A stretch of 64,000 nt of DNA from Coraliomargarita sp. (GTDB taxonomy: Bacteria; Verrucomicrobiota; Verrucomicrobiia; Opitutales; Coraliomargaritaceae). The stretch lies in the NCBI GenBank assembly GCA_965216325.1, contig OZ244160.1, forward strand, positions 2,496,001-2,560,000, written 5' to 3'. This document shows, piece after piece, positions 52,191 through 61,402 of the stretch. The notes below the pieces were generated by a model. It was not told where the DNA came from, searched no databases, and worked only from the letters and a program-made list of their open reading frames with translations. Within the stretch, counting starts at the first letter, position 1; every line of letters begins with the position of its first letter. Made by a program: the position numbers and the translations under genes.

Positions 52191-52658
52191 CTAGCTGTTG
52201 AAGACCAGCTTCTTCGAGAAGAAAAAGTTGACCGACATGCCGACCATTCCACCGACCCAAATGGCCACAATACCAAGTATCAGGCCCGCGAGTGCAATGT
52301 TTCCATCCCAAACCAGTTTTGCCGCATAGCTATGACCCAAGAGTAGAACCAGTTTATACACACCAATGTTCACGGCGGAACCAATGGAGTTTGCGCTGTA
52401 GTGGCGCAGTAAGGATTGCCAGAGTTCGCGGCCCATCTCGACGTGGTGAAAGGTGAAGGCGCGGTTGAGGAAATAGCCAGCGGTTACCGAGGCACCGAGC
52501 GAAATGATCCGGCTCACAATATCGCCCATGCCTAAGGAGGTCAGTAGGCAGCAAATCGCGACGTCGATCAGGAAAATCGTCGCACCAACCATCGCGAAAC
52601 GCGCGAACAGGGCGAATCCGCGTTGCGATTTATGGAATCTGTTGAGGAGTCGTAGCAT
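52191..52658 (-). CDS. GtrA-family membrane protein
   Basis: RFAMVG, YFLNRAFTF, NFFFSKKLVF; four TM helices. Confidence 0.9.
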   Translation of the reverse strand: MLRLLNRFHKSQRGFALFARFAMVGATIFLIDVAICCLLTSLGMGDIVSRIISLGASVTAGYFLNRAFTFHHVEMGRELWQSLLRHYSANSIGSAVNIGVYKLVLLLGHSYAAKLVWDGNIALAGLILGIVAIWVGGMVGMSVNFFFSKKLVFNS

Positions 52659-52740
52659 CGCTAATTGGCCCGCATAAAGCCGTAAAATCGCCAATGCGTC
52701 AAATGCGAATCTTTGAGGGGGAATTGAGCTTTTCCCCTGT

Positions 52741-52820
52741 TCTTACTCTTAATCCTATTCTTAATCTTACTCTATCAGTAGTTGAGATTACGATTATGAG
52801 TAAGATTACGATTAAGAGTA
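52741..52820. repeat. Inverted arrays of degenerate hexamers
   Basis: TCTTAC/TCTTAA-like units (52741-52773) facing GATTAC/GATTAA/GAGTAA-like units (52785-52820). Confidence 0.75.
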
Positions 52821-53642
52821 TTACGAGACCTTGATGCGCTCGTGACGCGAGAAATGCACGGAATTGACCACGCGATCCATGAGTGCAGGGCGCTGCATCG
52901 GCACGCTGACGATTGCTGCTAAAATGTCGGCCAAGACGTGTTCGCGGGCCTCTTGGTCGGGAATGAAGCGCATGCGCACTTCGACCAGTTCTGGGCGTAA
53001 TTCCAGCCACTCGGCTTTGATCTCAAGCACGCGTGGATACTGGCTGATTCGCTCGCAAAGGGCTTTGTTGCTGCGGACATTTGGACATTGGTCCATGCTG
53101 ACGCTGATGGCCTCCAAGCAGTCGCGCTCTTCGCTCGAGAGGGATTCCCAACTGACGCCGCAGAGTTCACAGCGCGCTTCCGCTAGCAGGCGATGCAACT
53201 CGCTTGGTCGCATGCGCATGACGAGTTTGACCCAGCGCATCGGCCATTTTTCAAATTCATAAGCGAGCAGGGCCAAGCGCACGCGCGGTGGAAGTAGCCG
53301 GACTTTGGTCACCATCGGCTCTGGGGAAGTAATCGGGCCATCGCTTGGCGCATTCTCAACCAACGCGCTGGCCAGCATGAACTCGAAGTCCGACAGGCGC
53401 TCCGTGTAGCGCAGGTTACGCCATAGCTCTAGAAAGAGGCGGGTTACTCGGGCGCGGCGCTGTTCGACTGGCTCGGCTAGCGTGCTGCCGTAGTAGGCAT
53501 GTGCGAGATCGATATAGGACGATGTCAGTGCGAGGAACTGCTCGCTGTCTTCGGTCTTCGCGGCTTTGAGCTGTTCGCGTCCGGCTTTGCGGGCGTGGGT
53601 GCTGCCTTTGAGCGCGTTGAAAAAACGTCGAATCGAGCCCAT
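52821..53642 (-). CDS. Hypothetical protein resembling a degenerate ECF sigma factor with C-terminal extension
   Basis: VTRLFLELWRNL (sigma2-like); LLPPRVRLALLAYEFE...LHRLLAEARCEL (sigma4-like). Confidence 0.7.
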   Translation of the reverse strand: MGSIRRFFNALKGSTHARKAGREQLKAAKTEDSEQFLALTSSYIDLAHAYYGSTLAEPVEQRRARVTRLFLELWRNLRYTERLSDFEFMLASALVENAPSDGPITSPEPMVTKVRLLPPRVRLALLAYEFEKWPMRWVKLVMRMRPSELHRLLAEARCELCGVSWESLSSEERDCLEAISVSMDQCPNVRSNKALCERISQYPRVLEIKAEWLELRPELVEVRMRFIPDQEAREHVLADILAAIVSVPMQRPALMDRVVNSVHFSRHERIKVS

Positions 53643-53678
53643 GGTGTCTGCAGTGAGTTGGTTGCGTAATGACCGGGG

Positions 53679-54371
53679 CTAGTCCTGATCCTCACTGTCG
53701 GGGCGGTTCTGGCTTTCAATGCGACAGTCTTGCATGACGCGTAGCCAGAGTTCCCGAAGGTCGAACAGGCGAATTCGGATCTCGTGCTGGAAGCTTTCGA
53801 GGAACTCGTGGTTCGGGTGGGTGAGTTGATCAAGGAGGGCTAAAGTTTGGTTCAGAGCGCTCAAGCTGTTCTTGAAGTGGCAAATCGCCAGGCCGAAATC
53901 GCCGAGGTCGAGCGCTTGGATCGAAAGGAGAACATTCATCTCCGCTTGGTGCAGACTCGTTGCATATTTCCAGCAGAGCTGCGCTGGCAGGTCGCTTTGA
54001 CTGTGCACCATGAAATGCTCCCAGCTTTGATGCAGGTAGCGGTAAAGTGAGCGAGTCACCACAAACACCGGATGCTTGTGCAGGGTGTATGGGGCCTCAT
54101 CCATTTCGTTGGCAGGCTCATCTAGGTCGACTTCTACGCTGTTGAATTCGTCGGTCATCGACATGTCCTGCGCGTCCCAGCCCATGAGAGAGGCCACCTC
54201 GTCGAGGTGGTTCGGTTTGTCCTTCAGGCTGTTGTAAATGGACAGGAATCGGGCGGTTTCACGGTCGGAATTCTTCAGGTAATTGCGCCATTGAAATTCG
54301 CCCCAAGCTGGTTCGCTGGGAGTATCGTCCCAGCCGCCGCTTTCTGAATGGTCAAAATTTGGATCGCTCAT
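53679..54371 (-). CDS. Hypothetical protein
   Basis: 230-aa acidic, helical ORF on the same strand as the sigma-like gene. Confidence 0.75.
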   Translation of the reverse strand: MSDPNFDHSESGGWDDTPSEPAWGEFQWRNYLKNSDRETARFLSIYNSLKDKPNHLDEVASLMGWDAQDMSMTDEFNSVEVDLDEPANEMDEAPYTLHKHPVFVVTRSLYRYLHQSWEHFMVHSQSDLPAQLCWKYATSLHQAEMNVLLSIQALDLGDFGLAICHFKNSLSALNQTLALLDQLTHPNHEFLESFQHEIRIRLFDLRELWLRVMQDCRIESQNRPDSEDQD

Positions 54372-54548
54372 ATAGTAATTGAGGTAGAATCCCTACTCCG
54401 AAAACACTGGGTCATCGGAGTGAAAAATCAACTCCGTTTTATTCACATTCTGAATTTGCTTTCCAATCGGCTCTGAGCCGTTTCAAATACAGTGATTGCG
54501 GCGATTCGGCCGAAGACTTATTCACCCCGATTTTCTTCTATTGAGCAC

Positions 54549-54830
54549 ATGAGTGACACTGTTTTTTGTATGGACTGTTGGTTTGAGGGCCACGTGCAAG
54601 GCGTTGGTTTTCGCTATCAGACCGTCAGCGTGGCGAAGGGCTTCGAAGTGACGGGCACGGTGCGTAATTTGGTTGATGGCCGCGTGCATTTGGTTGCAGA
54701 AGGCGAGGAGGATGAAGTGCGTGCTTTTCAAGCGGCAGTTGCTGACGAGTTGGAAAATTATATTCGCAAAACCGAGATCCAGACGATGGTCGGAGCTCGT
54801 AGCTGCACCGGTTTCAGTATCATTCAATAG
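54549..54830 (+). CDS. acyP: Acylphosphatase
   Basis: GHVQGVGFRY, GTVRNLVDGRV. Confidence 0.93.
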   Translation: MSDTVFCMDCWFEGHVQGVGFRYQTVSVAKGFEVTGTVRNLVDGRVHLVAEGEEDEVRAFQAAVADELENYIRKTEIQTMVGARSCTGFSIIQ

Positions 54831-54833
54831 GCT

Positions 54834-55727
54834 ATGTCTGAACCTGCGATTCGTATTCAAGGACTGACGAAAGACTTTTCGGTTGGCATGCGCGGCCTGA
54901 AGCTTCGGGCTGTCGACAATCTTAGTCTCGAAGTGGGCGACAACCAGATCTTCGGACTACTCGGGCCGAATGGTTGTGGCAAAAGCACCACCATTAAAAT
55001 CATCTTAGGGTTGCTGCATGCCTCAGTTGGGGAGTGCACGATCTATGGTCAGCCGAGCCATACGGTGAATGCGCGCCGTAGTGTGGGCTTCCTTCCTGAG
55101 GCGCCATATTTTTACCGCTACCTGACTGGGCGCGAACTGGTTCGCTTCTATGCCAAGGTCTGTGGCGTGGCACGCGCTGAAATGAATGAGCGTGTCGATG
55201 AGGTGATTGAACTCGTCGGAATGACCGAGGCCATGAACCGCCGGGTTGGGACGTATTCGAAAGGGATGCTGCAACGCATCGGGCTTGCTCAAGCACTAGT
55301 GCACGATCCACAGCTAGTCATATTGGACGAGCCGACCGCGGGGGTCGACCCGCTGGGCTCGGCCGCGATCGCCGACATAATTCGCGAACTGAAGAAGCGT
55401 GGGAAAACGGTGCTGCTGTCCTCGCACTTACTGGCGCAAATTGAAGGGCTTTGTGACCATGTCGCGATTCTGCATCGCGGCAAACTCGTGCGTGAAGGGC
55501 GGGTTGAAGACATGTTAGAAGATCAGGCTGCGGAATCGTTGGTCGTGGAAGGGCTTTCGGCAGAAGGCCGGGCCGCTGTTGAGAAAGCCATCGCTGTCGA
55601 TGGGGCACAGCTTCGGCGAGTCGAGAAGCCGCGGGTGAGCTTGGATACGCTTTTCCTGAATGAGGTCAATGAGCGCGAAGGTGCACACCAACGGCAGCAA
55701 CCAGGCAGTAAGGGAGGTGACGCATGA
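54834..55727 (+). CDS. ABC-2 type ATP-binding protein
   Basis: GPNGCGKS, YSKGM, ILDEPT, SSHL. Confidence 0.95.
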   Translation: MSEPAIRIQGLTKDFSVGMRGLKLRAVDNLSLEVGDNQIFGLLGPNGCGKSTTIKIILGLLHASVGECTIYGQPSHTVNARRSVGFLPEAPYFYRYLTGRELVRFYAKVCGVARAEMNERVDEVIELVGMTEAMNRRVGTYSKGMLQRIGLAQALVHDPQLVILDEPTAGVDPLGSAAIADIIRELKKRGKTVLLSSHLLAQIEGLCDHVAILHRGKLVREGRVEDMLEDQAAESLVVEGLSAEGRAAVEKAIAVDGAQLRRVEKPRVSLDTLFLNEVNEREGAHQRQQPGSKGGDA

Positions 55728-56551
55728 TCGGTCGCATTTATTGCATTGCTGCAAACACCTTTCTGGAGGCAGTTCGTCAGAAGTTCTTTAATTCACTGCT
55801 CCTAATTTCGATCGCATTGGTGCTATCGGCCAACTTCTTTCAGCAGTTTGATTTCGGCACCAGTGAATTGAAGTTTATCACCGACTTCGGTTTTGGTGCC
55901 TTGTTTTTCTTTGGTTCGATTTTGGCGATTACTGCGACTACCCAGTTGTTCTTCAATGAAATCGAAAACCGCACGGCACTGACGATGCTGGCAAAGCCGG
56001 TCTATAAACTCGAGTTCCTCGCAGGGAAATTCTTTGGTGCACAGCTGTTGATGCTGGTGTTCGCAGTTGTGCTCTCTGTGGTGTTGGCGGGGATTCTATG
56101 GTGGCGCGAGGCTGCCATTGTGATTCAATATGCCGATCAATTGCATGATCATGCAGGCTTGGTTCGCTACAGTGATATTTTTATCTTTGCTCTACTTCAA
56201 TGGATGAAGTTCGGTGTGATTTGCGCCATCTCGTTGTTCATCGGAAGCTTTTCGAACACCAACTTGTATACAATTATTGTATCGTTCTTCGTGCTGATCA
56301 TTTGCCAGCTACAATACATCGCACGCGATGCGTATATGGATATGGAACAAGGCCCCCTTCGCTGGTTGGTGAGTTTGCTGGCACTGGTGTTCCCGAACTT
56401 TCAATTGTTCAATGTCGGCGACCAGTTGGTTTACATCGAGCACGCCGGGCTTTCGTCATCGACTGTGTTGCAGATCGTCGGTTATGCAGCGATCTATGCG
56501 GTGGTCTTCCTCTTGTTGGCCCTGCTCAATTTCCGTAAACGCGAGATCTAG
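55724..56551 (+). CDS. ABC-2 type permease
   Basis: IAANTFLEAVR, EIENRT...LAKPV...FLAGKF; multiple TM helices; ATGA overlap with the ATPase gene. Confidence 0.9.
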   Translation: MIGRIYCIAANTFLEAVRQKFFNSLLLISIALVLSANFFQQFDFGTSELKFITDFGFGALFFFGSILAITATTQLFFNEIENRTALTMLAKPVYKLEFLAGKFFGAQLLMLVFAVVLSVVLAGILWWREAAIVIQYADQLHDHAGLVRYSDIFIFALLQWMKFGVICAISLFIGSFSNTNLYTIIVSFFVLIICQLQYIARDAYMDMEQGPLRWLVSLLALVFPNFQLFNVGDQLVYIEHAGLSSSTVLQIVGYAAIYAVVFLLLALLNFRKREI

Positions 56552-56554
56552 ACC

Positions 56555-57364
56555 GTGAGTGCACTGGTTGAGAGCTTAGAGCATCCACTCTTACGCAAGC
56601 TGCGTAGCTCGCTGATTGTGCTCGTGCTGCTTGGGTTGATCGGCTTGTTGACTCGCCCTTTGGAGGCGCCAGCCTGGACCGAAGTGCGCGAAGCACAAGT
56701 GGAGATGAATCTTGGCGACGTTGAGGGTGCTTTGGGACAGGGATTGGTGGTCGGAATGCTGGGTGGTTTTCGCAGCATCATGGCGGATTTCTTGTGGATT
56801 CGGCTCAATGCAGATTGGGAAAAGCGCGACTTGGCGAAGGTGACGGCGCTCAGCCAACTGGTGACGACCCTCGACCCTCGGCCGGATTTTTTCTGGATCA
56901 ATACCGCTCGCATGACCGCTTATGATATGCCCAATTGGCGTATCCGAGAAGAGGGCGGTTATGATGTGGTGCCGGAGGGCCGTCAAAAGGAGTTGGACCG
57001 CCAGCAGGCGGAGCAAGCTTTTGAAATTCTGCGCCGCGCGCTTAGCTTTCATCCCGATAGCCCGAAGCTGCACTTGGAAATGGGGCAGATCTATCTGAAC
57101 CGTTTACAGGATTATGAAAATGCGGCGAAGTGGTTTCTCTCTGCATCTGAGTTGCCTAGAGCACCGTATTATGCGGCACGAATTTATGCCGAGTTATTGC
57201 GTCGACAGGGGAAAGATGCTGAGGCTTATGCTTATCTCAAGGAGCTCTTTCTCAGTTTGCCGGATGATCCTTATGCGCAACACGGCACGATTTACGAACG
57301 CATTCAAGAACTCGAAGAGGAGTTGAACATTCCGGTGTTTCAGCGTTTTATACCGAATCGATAG
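56555..57364 (+). CDS. Membrane-anchored TPR-like protein
   Basis: N-terminal TM helix; LGGFRSIMADFLW; TPR-like ALSFHPDSPKLHLEMGQIY. Confidence 0.75.
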   Translation: MSALVESLEHPLLRKLRSSLIVLVLLGLIGLLTRPLEAPAWTEVREAQVEMNLGDVEGALGQGLVVGMLGGFRSIMADFLWIRLNADWEKRDLAKVTALSQLVTTLDPRPDFFWINTARMTAYDMPNWRIREEGGYDVVPEGRQKELDRQQAEQAFEILRRALSFHPDSPKLHLEMGQIYLNRLQDYENAAKWFLSASELPRAPYYAARIYAELLRRQGKDAEAYAYLKELFLSLPDDPYAQHGTIYERIQELEEELNIPVFQRFIPNR

Positions 57365-57365
57365 T

Positions 57366-58184
57366 ATGCCACGTAATCGCCAAGCCCAAGCCCGTTTTGA
57401 GATGGAGCTGCGCCACCGTATGAATGCGGGCCGAGTCGCGGTGCAGAATCAGATCGCGTTTTTCGAGCGTCAATTCGGGCAAGTCGACAGTGAGTGGAAG
57501 GAAGACGACACACGTGTCACGTTTGCAGACTTCGCGATTTCGGAAAAGCTGTTCAGCGAGCTGCGTCGCGATTTCCCCAAAGACGATTTTTGTAGCGAAG
57601 AAAGCAATCCTCTGGATGAAGTGATGCAATTGAACGCAGCCTTTGCCTGGGTGGTGGACCCCATTGATGGGACCAACAACTATGCGCTTGGCGTGCCCGT
57701 TTGCGCGATTTCGGTCGCCTTGCTGCATGAAGGGGAGCCGGTTTACGGTTTTCTCTACGACCACAGCACCCGTTCTTTGCTAGAAGGGGGGCCAAACCAT
57801 GGTGTGTTGCGCGACCGCAAGAAGCTGAATCGTGATCAGCTGGCTGCTGATGCACAGACCATGATAGGTCTTCATTTTCCGATGAAGCGTGAGCAGTTAG
57901 CGCCGTTACAGCCCTTGCTTGAGAAGTATCGGGTGCGCTCGCTGGGGAGTGCGGCTTTGACCATCGCTTATGTTGCCACTGGCTACTTGACCGGAGCGGT
58001 GGATCATCGGGTTAGAGTTTGGGATATCGCCGCGGCCTATGCACTTTGTCTGGGAGCGGGGCTGGAGTTTAAGTTTTTCGGCGAATCGCCATTTCCGCTG
58101 AAAGAGTTCCATCCGAAGGCACCATGTATACCGTTTTATACGGGAACGAGTGCCTTTTGCGAAGAGTTGGAAGCAGTTCTGTAG
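57366..58184 (+). CDS. Inositol monophosphatase-family protein
   Basis: SEE, WVVDPIDGTNNY, WDIAAA. Confidence 0.93.
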   Translation: MPRNRQAQARFEMELRHRMNAGRVAVQNQIAFFERQFGQVDSEWKEDDTRVTFADFAISEKLFSELRRDFPKDDFCSEESNPLDEVMQLNAAFAWVVDPIDGTNNYALGVPVCAISVALLHEGEPVYGFLYDHSTRSLLEGGPNHGVLRDRKKLNRDQLAADAQTMIGLHFPMKREQLAPLQPLLEKYRVRSLGSAALTIAYVATGYLTGAVDHRVRVWDIAAAYALCLGAGLEFKFFGESPFPLKEFHPKAPCIPFYTGTSAFCEELEAVL

Positions 58185-58333
58185 GGGCTTTGCTTGCTGT
58201 GCAGCCCGCAGGTAGTTCGTTCATCTGTTGGAGTTGTCGGGCTGTGTTATGCAGGTGATGTAAGAGGCCGCGGCGTAAAATCATGCTAGGACCGTTTGCA
58301 TTGGGTATAATTCAGTGCAGATTTATAAGTCTT

Positions 58334-59197
58334 ATGAAAAAACTGCTACTTTCTCTAATTGGCTGTGCCTTCAGCCTATTTAGTTTCGCTGAGACGATCA
58401 AAATTACCTATCCGAATTGGGCGGATGGTGTGGCAGTGACCCACCTTGCTGCTGCGGTGCTGGAAGACAAAATGGGCTATCAGGTTGAGCTCAAAGAGGC
58501 TGATGTGGCTACGATATACAGTTCCGTTGCTGCTGGCGAGCAGGACGTGTTCCTCGATGCTTGGTTGCCGTTTACACAGTCAGAATATTGGAGGAAGCAT
58601 TCTTCCAAACTCGAACCGCTCGGCACCATGTTACAGCGCACACGCGTTGGTTTAGCGGTTCCTGCTTATGTGGATGTCGAGAGCTTGCGTGAGCTCAATC
58701 AGATCTCAGGAACGGTGGGTGGTAAAATCTACGGGATTGAGAAAACCGCAGGTTTGACGAATTCCACCAATATCGCGATTCGCGAATACAATTTGAAGTT
58801 CAAGCAGACGAATCAGGGCACCCAGTATATGCTGGATGCCTTGGAGGCAGCGATTGCTGCCGAAGAACCGATCGTGGTCGCCGCGTGGTCGCCTCACTGG
58901 ATGTTTGCACGTTATGACCTGCACATGCTGCACGATCCGATCAATGTCTTTGTTGAAGACGGTATCCGCAAGTGTGCACGCAAGGGATTTTCGGCTGAGA
59001 TGCCGGAAGTAGCGGTGTTTTTGAAGCGCTTTGCGCTGAGTGAAGCGCAACTCAATGCCTTGCTATTGGATATCTACGAGTCAGGTTCAAACCCGCGCTC
59101 AGTGGTTCGCGAGTGGATGGCTGCGAATCCGAAGCTCGTGGACGCATGGACCGCTCCGGAAAAGAAGAAAGGCTTCTTTAAGAAACTATTCAACTGA
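58334..59197 (+). CDS. Glycine betaine-binding periplasmic protein (OpuAC/ProX type)
   Basis: Signal peptide; NWADG, DAWLP, GLAVPAY, WSPHWMF. Confidence 0.9.
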   Translation: MKKLLLSLIGCAFSLFSFAETIKITYPNWADGVAVTHLAAAVLEDKMGYQVELKEADVATIYSSVAAGEQDVFLDAWLPFTQSEYWRKHSSKLEPLGTMLQRTRVGLAVPAYVDVESLRELNQISGTVGGKIYGIEKTAGLTNSTNIAIREYNLKFKQTNQGTQYMLDALEAAIAAEEPIVVAAWSPHWMFARYDLHMLHDPINVFVEDGIRKCARKGFSAEMPEVAVFLKRFALSEAQLNALLLDIYESGSNPRSVVREWMAANPKLVDAWTAPEKKKGFFKKLFN

Positions 59198-59586
59198 GCG
59201 CACGATCCGCGAGGTGGAACTTTGTGTTTGCTTACTTCTGTAAAGCTTTTCTCGCAGCTAGCAGCGGTTCATTCAGATTGTGGAGTGGCTTATGGCTTTG
59301 TGTCGGAAGCCCCCGAGATGAGAACCCTCGTATTAATCATTCATGCAGAAGTACGGCGGTTCACAGTGACTGCCTGGAATGGCGACGGTGAGGATCTGTC
59401 TAGGGGCCAGGCGTTATGGTCGGTTTAGGTGCGTTTAAACTGCGGATGTTGATAATACAGAGCACTATTGGGTGCTGCAGATGGATCACGGAAGTTGATG
59501 AAAAGAACCTTTTGGAGGTTAGGAAGGTTTGTTGAGATGCCGACAACAGCTAGGTTTGACGTGGTGGTGGTGGGCTGCTTTGCTCT

Positions 59587-60651
59587 GTGGCAGATCCAAT
59601 GACACTTTTAATCATCTACGTTAGCATCGCGCTGGGCTTTTCGTTCCTCTGCTCCTTGTTGGAGGCAACCTTGCTCACTATTACACCGACTCAATTACAA
59701 ACGGCCAAGACCAGGGGGAAGCGTTGGGGCGAGCGTCTACAGGAGTTGAAGCGCGATATCGATAAGCCGCTGTCTGCAATCCTAACATTGAATACAATTG
59801 CGCACACGATGGGTGCGACGGGGGCAGGTGCACAGTATGCCAAGGTGTATGGTGATGCTACTGGCGGTATTTTTGCCGCGATTCTTACTTTGGCGGTATT
59901 AGTGTTGACTGAGATTATCCCGAAGACGCTTGGAGCACGTTACACACTTTTCTTTGCGCCCTTTGTTGCGGCTGTTTTGCCTTTCCTTGAGAAGGTCCTG
60001 CGCCCTGTGGTCTATCTCTGCCAATTAATCACCAAGTTGATTACCTTTGGACGTGCTGAGGCTCCGCCCAAACACCGTGAAGAGATGCTAGCCATCGCAC
60101 GTCTGGGAGAGGAGCAGGGAACTATCAAAGCTGGTGAGACTCGTATCGTGCGCAATATGCTTGGTCTGAATCAGATCAACACATCAGCGATTATGACGCC
60201 GCGCTCGGTTATTTTTATGCTCCCTGAGGTGACGACACTGGCGGAGTTTGCCGAGCATGCTGAGGAGCACCCATTCTCTCGGGTCCCGGTATTTACAGAG
60301 AGTAGCGAGCAAGTGACTGGATTTGTACTTCGTTCAGACGTCTTGCAGGCATGTCTTAAGAACCCTAAGCAGAGTCTTGCTGGTTTGAAGCGGTCCATGG
60401 CATTTGTGCCTGACCTGATGAAGGTGGACACACTCTTTCAGCACATGCTCAACGAGAAGTTGCAGGTGGCTATGGTGCAGGACGAGTTTGGGTCGACGAT
60501 TGGTTTGGTCACTTTAGAGGACGCGATGGAAACACTAGTCGGTGTCGAGATTGTCGATGAGCATGATCAGGTCGCGGACCTGCAACAGTTGGCTCGCCAG
60601 CTTTGGAAAAAACGTGCCAAGCAAATGGGTATTCAGACGGAGAGTAATTGA
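59587..60651 (+). CDS. CNNM/CBS-domain membrane protein (CorC/HlyC-like)
   Basis: SFLCSLLEA, AILTLNTIAHT, EIIPKT, IMTPR, FSRVPV, DEFG...VTLED. Confidence 0.92.
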   Translation: MADPMTLLIIYVSIALGFSFLCSLLEATLLTITPTQLQTAKTRGKRWGERLQELKRDIDKPLSAILTLNTIAHTMGATGAGAQYAKVYGDATGGIFAAILTLAVLVLTEIIPKTLGARYTLFFAPFVAAVLPFLEKVLRPVVYLCQLITKLITFGRAEAPPKHREEMLAIARLGEEQGTIKAGETRIVRNMLGLNQINTSAIMTPRSVIFMLPEVTTLAEFAEHAEEHPFSRVPVFTESSEQVTGFVLRSDVLQACLKNPKQSLAGLKRSMAFVPDLMKVDTLFQHMLNEKLQVAMVQDEFGSTIGLVTLEDAMETLVGVEIVDEHDQVADLQQLARQLWKKRAKQMGIQTESN

Positions 60652-61083
60652 TTGTTTGGGTGCTCGTCATCCACTAGTTGTTCGAAGACAACCTTGTCGA
60701 ATCCTTCGCTGCCATCGGCAAAAATAAGTAGATATGCGTAGGGGAAGTTCTCGTCAGCTCCGCCGGTTCCTTGGGAGTCGGCATTGTAGTCTGAGTTCAG
60801 ACGAGAGAAAATATCCTCGTTGTTTAGAGTGAAGAGGACGGTGTAGCCACTGTAGGCCGTGATTTGATTTCCCTCGGTCCCTGAAAGCCATGCGAAACCA
60901 AAGTATTGGAGTGGTGCAGGAAACTCCAGCGTCAGTATGCCGGGATCTGCCTTATGGTCATGCAGGGACATTAAGGTGACGGGATCCTGTGCCGGGTCCG
61001 CTGACGTATATTGGGATCACTGCATCTGTATGGGAAGTGATACCTTAGATTCCAAGGGGAATCAGCAGAATGTTCAGCTTTAT
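60633..61083 (-). pseudogene. Degraded secreted surface-protein gene
   Basis: Signal-peptide-like IKLNILLIPLGI*GITSHTDAVIPIYVSGPG with ATA start and in-frame TAA (61045-61047), then out-of-frame YFGFAWLSG...YAYLLIFA...FDKVVFEQ, cut off at the convergent CNNM gene. Confidence 0.55.
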
Positions 61084-61233
61084 AGCGAAATTAGGGTAAG
61101 AGCTAACTGAGGAATGAGCTTCAGGGATCAATAGTCTTTTGTCGTAAGTTTTAGTGTTAGCAAACTTATTGGAGTTTGGCGGAAATCTTATACCAAGCTG
61201 TAACTATTTCTGGTAAAAACAATGCCGTGAATG

Positions 61234-61306
61234 GTAGGGAGGCATGCCCGCATGCCTCCGAAGAGAAGGACCAAACAGAACGGAGGTCTGAGGCAGACCT
61301 CCCTAC
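61234..61306. repeat. Inverted pair of GTAGGG-type REP-like palindromes
   Basis: GTAGGGAGGCATGCCCGCATGCCTCCG (61234-61260) and 61281-61306 (reverse complement GTAGGGAGGTCTGCCTCAGACCTCCG). Confidence 0.8.
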
Positions 61307-61348
61307 CTTTTGACCGGATGAAGTCGCAGATAAGTATTATTCGGAAAC

Positions 61349-61378
61349 AAAAAAGGCGGCCTTGTTTAGGCCGCCTTT
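61349..61378 (-). terminator. Intrinsic terminator after lpdA
   Basis: Minus strand AAAGGCGGCCT-AAACA-AGGCCGCCTTTTTT. Confidence 0.9.
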
Positions 61379-61402
61379 GATTTCAGTAAACAGTCTGCTG
61401 AC

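Noticed and set aside
58334..59197. Betaine-binding protein without permease or ATPase as a novel system
   Set aside because: Orphan substrate-binding proteins are common, and the nearby ABC genes are exporter-type.
59198..59586. 390-bp gap with a 68-aa ORF; possible riboswitch or gene
   Set aside because: No recognisable RNA motif or protein signature.
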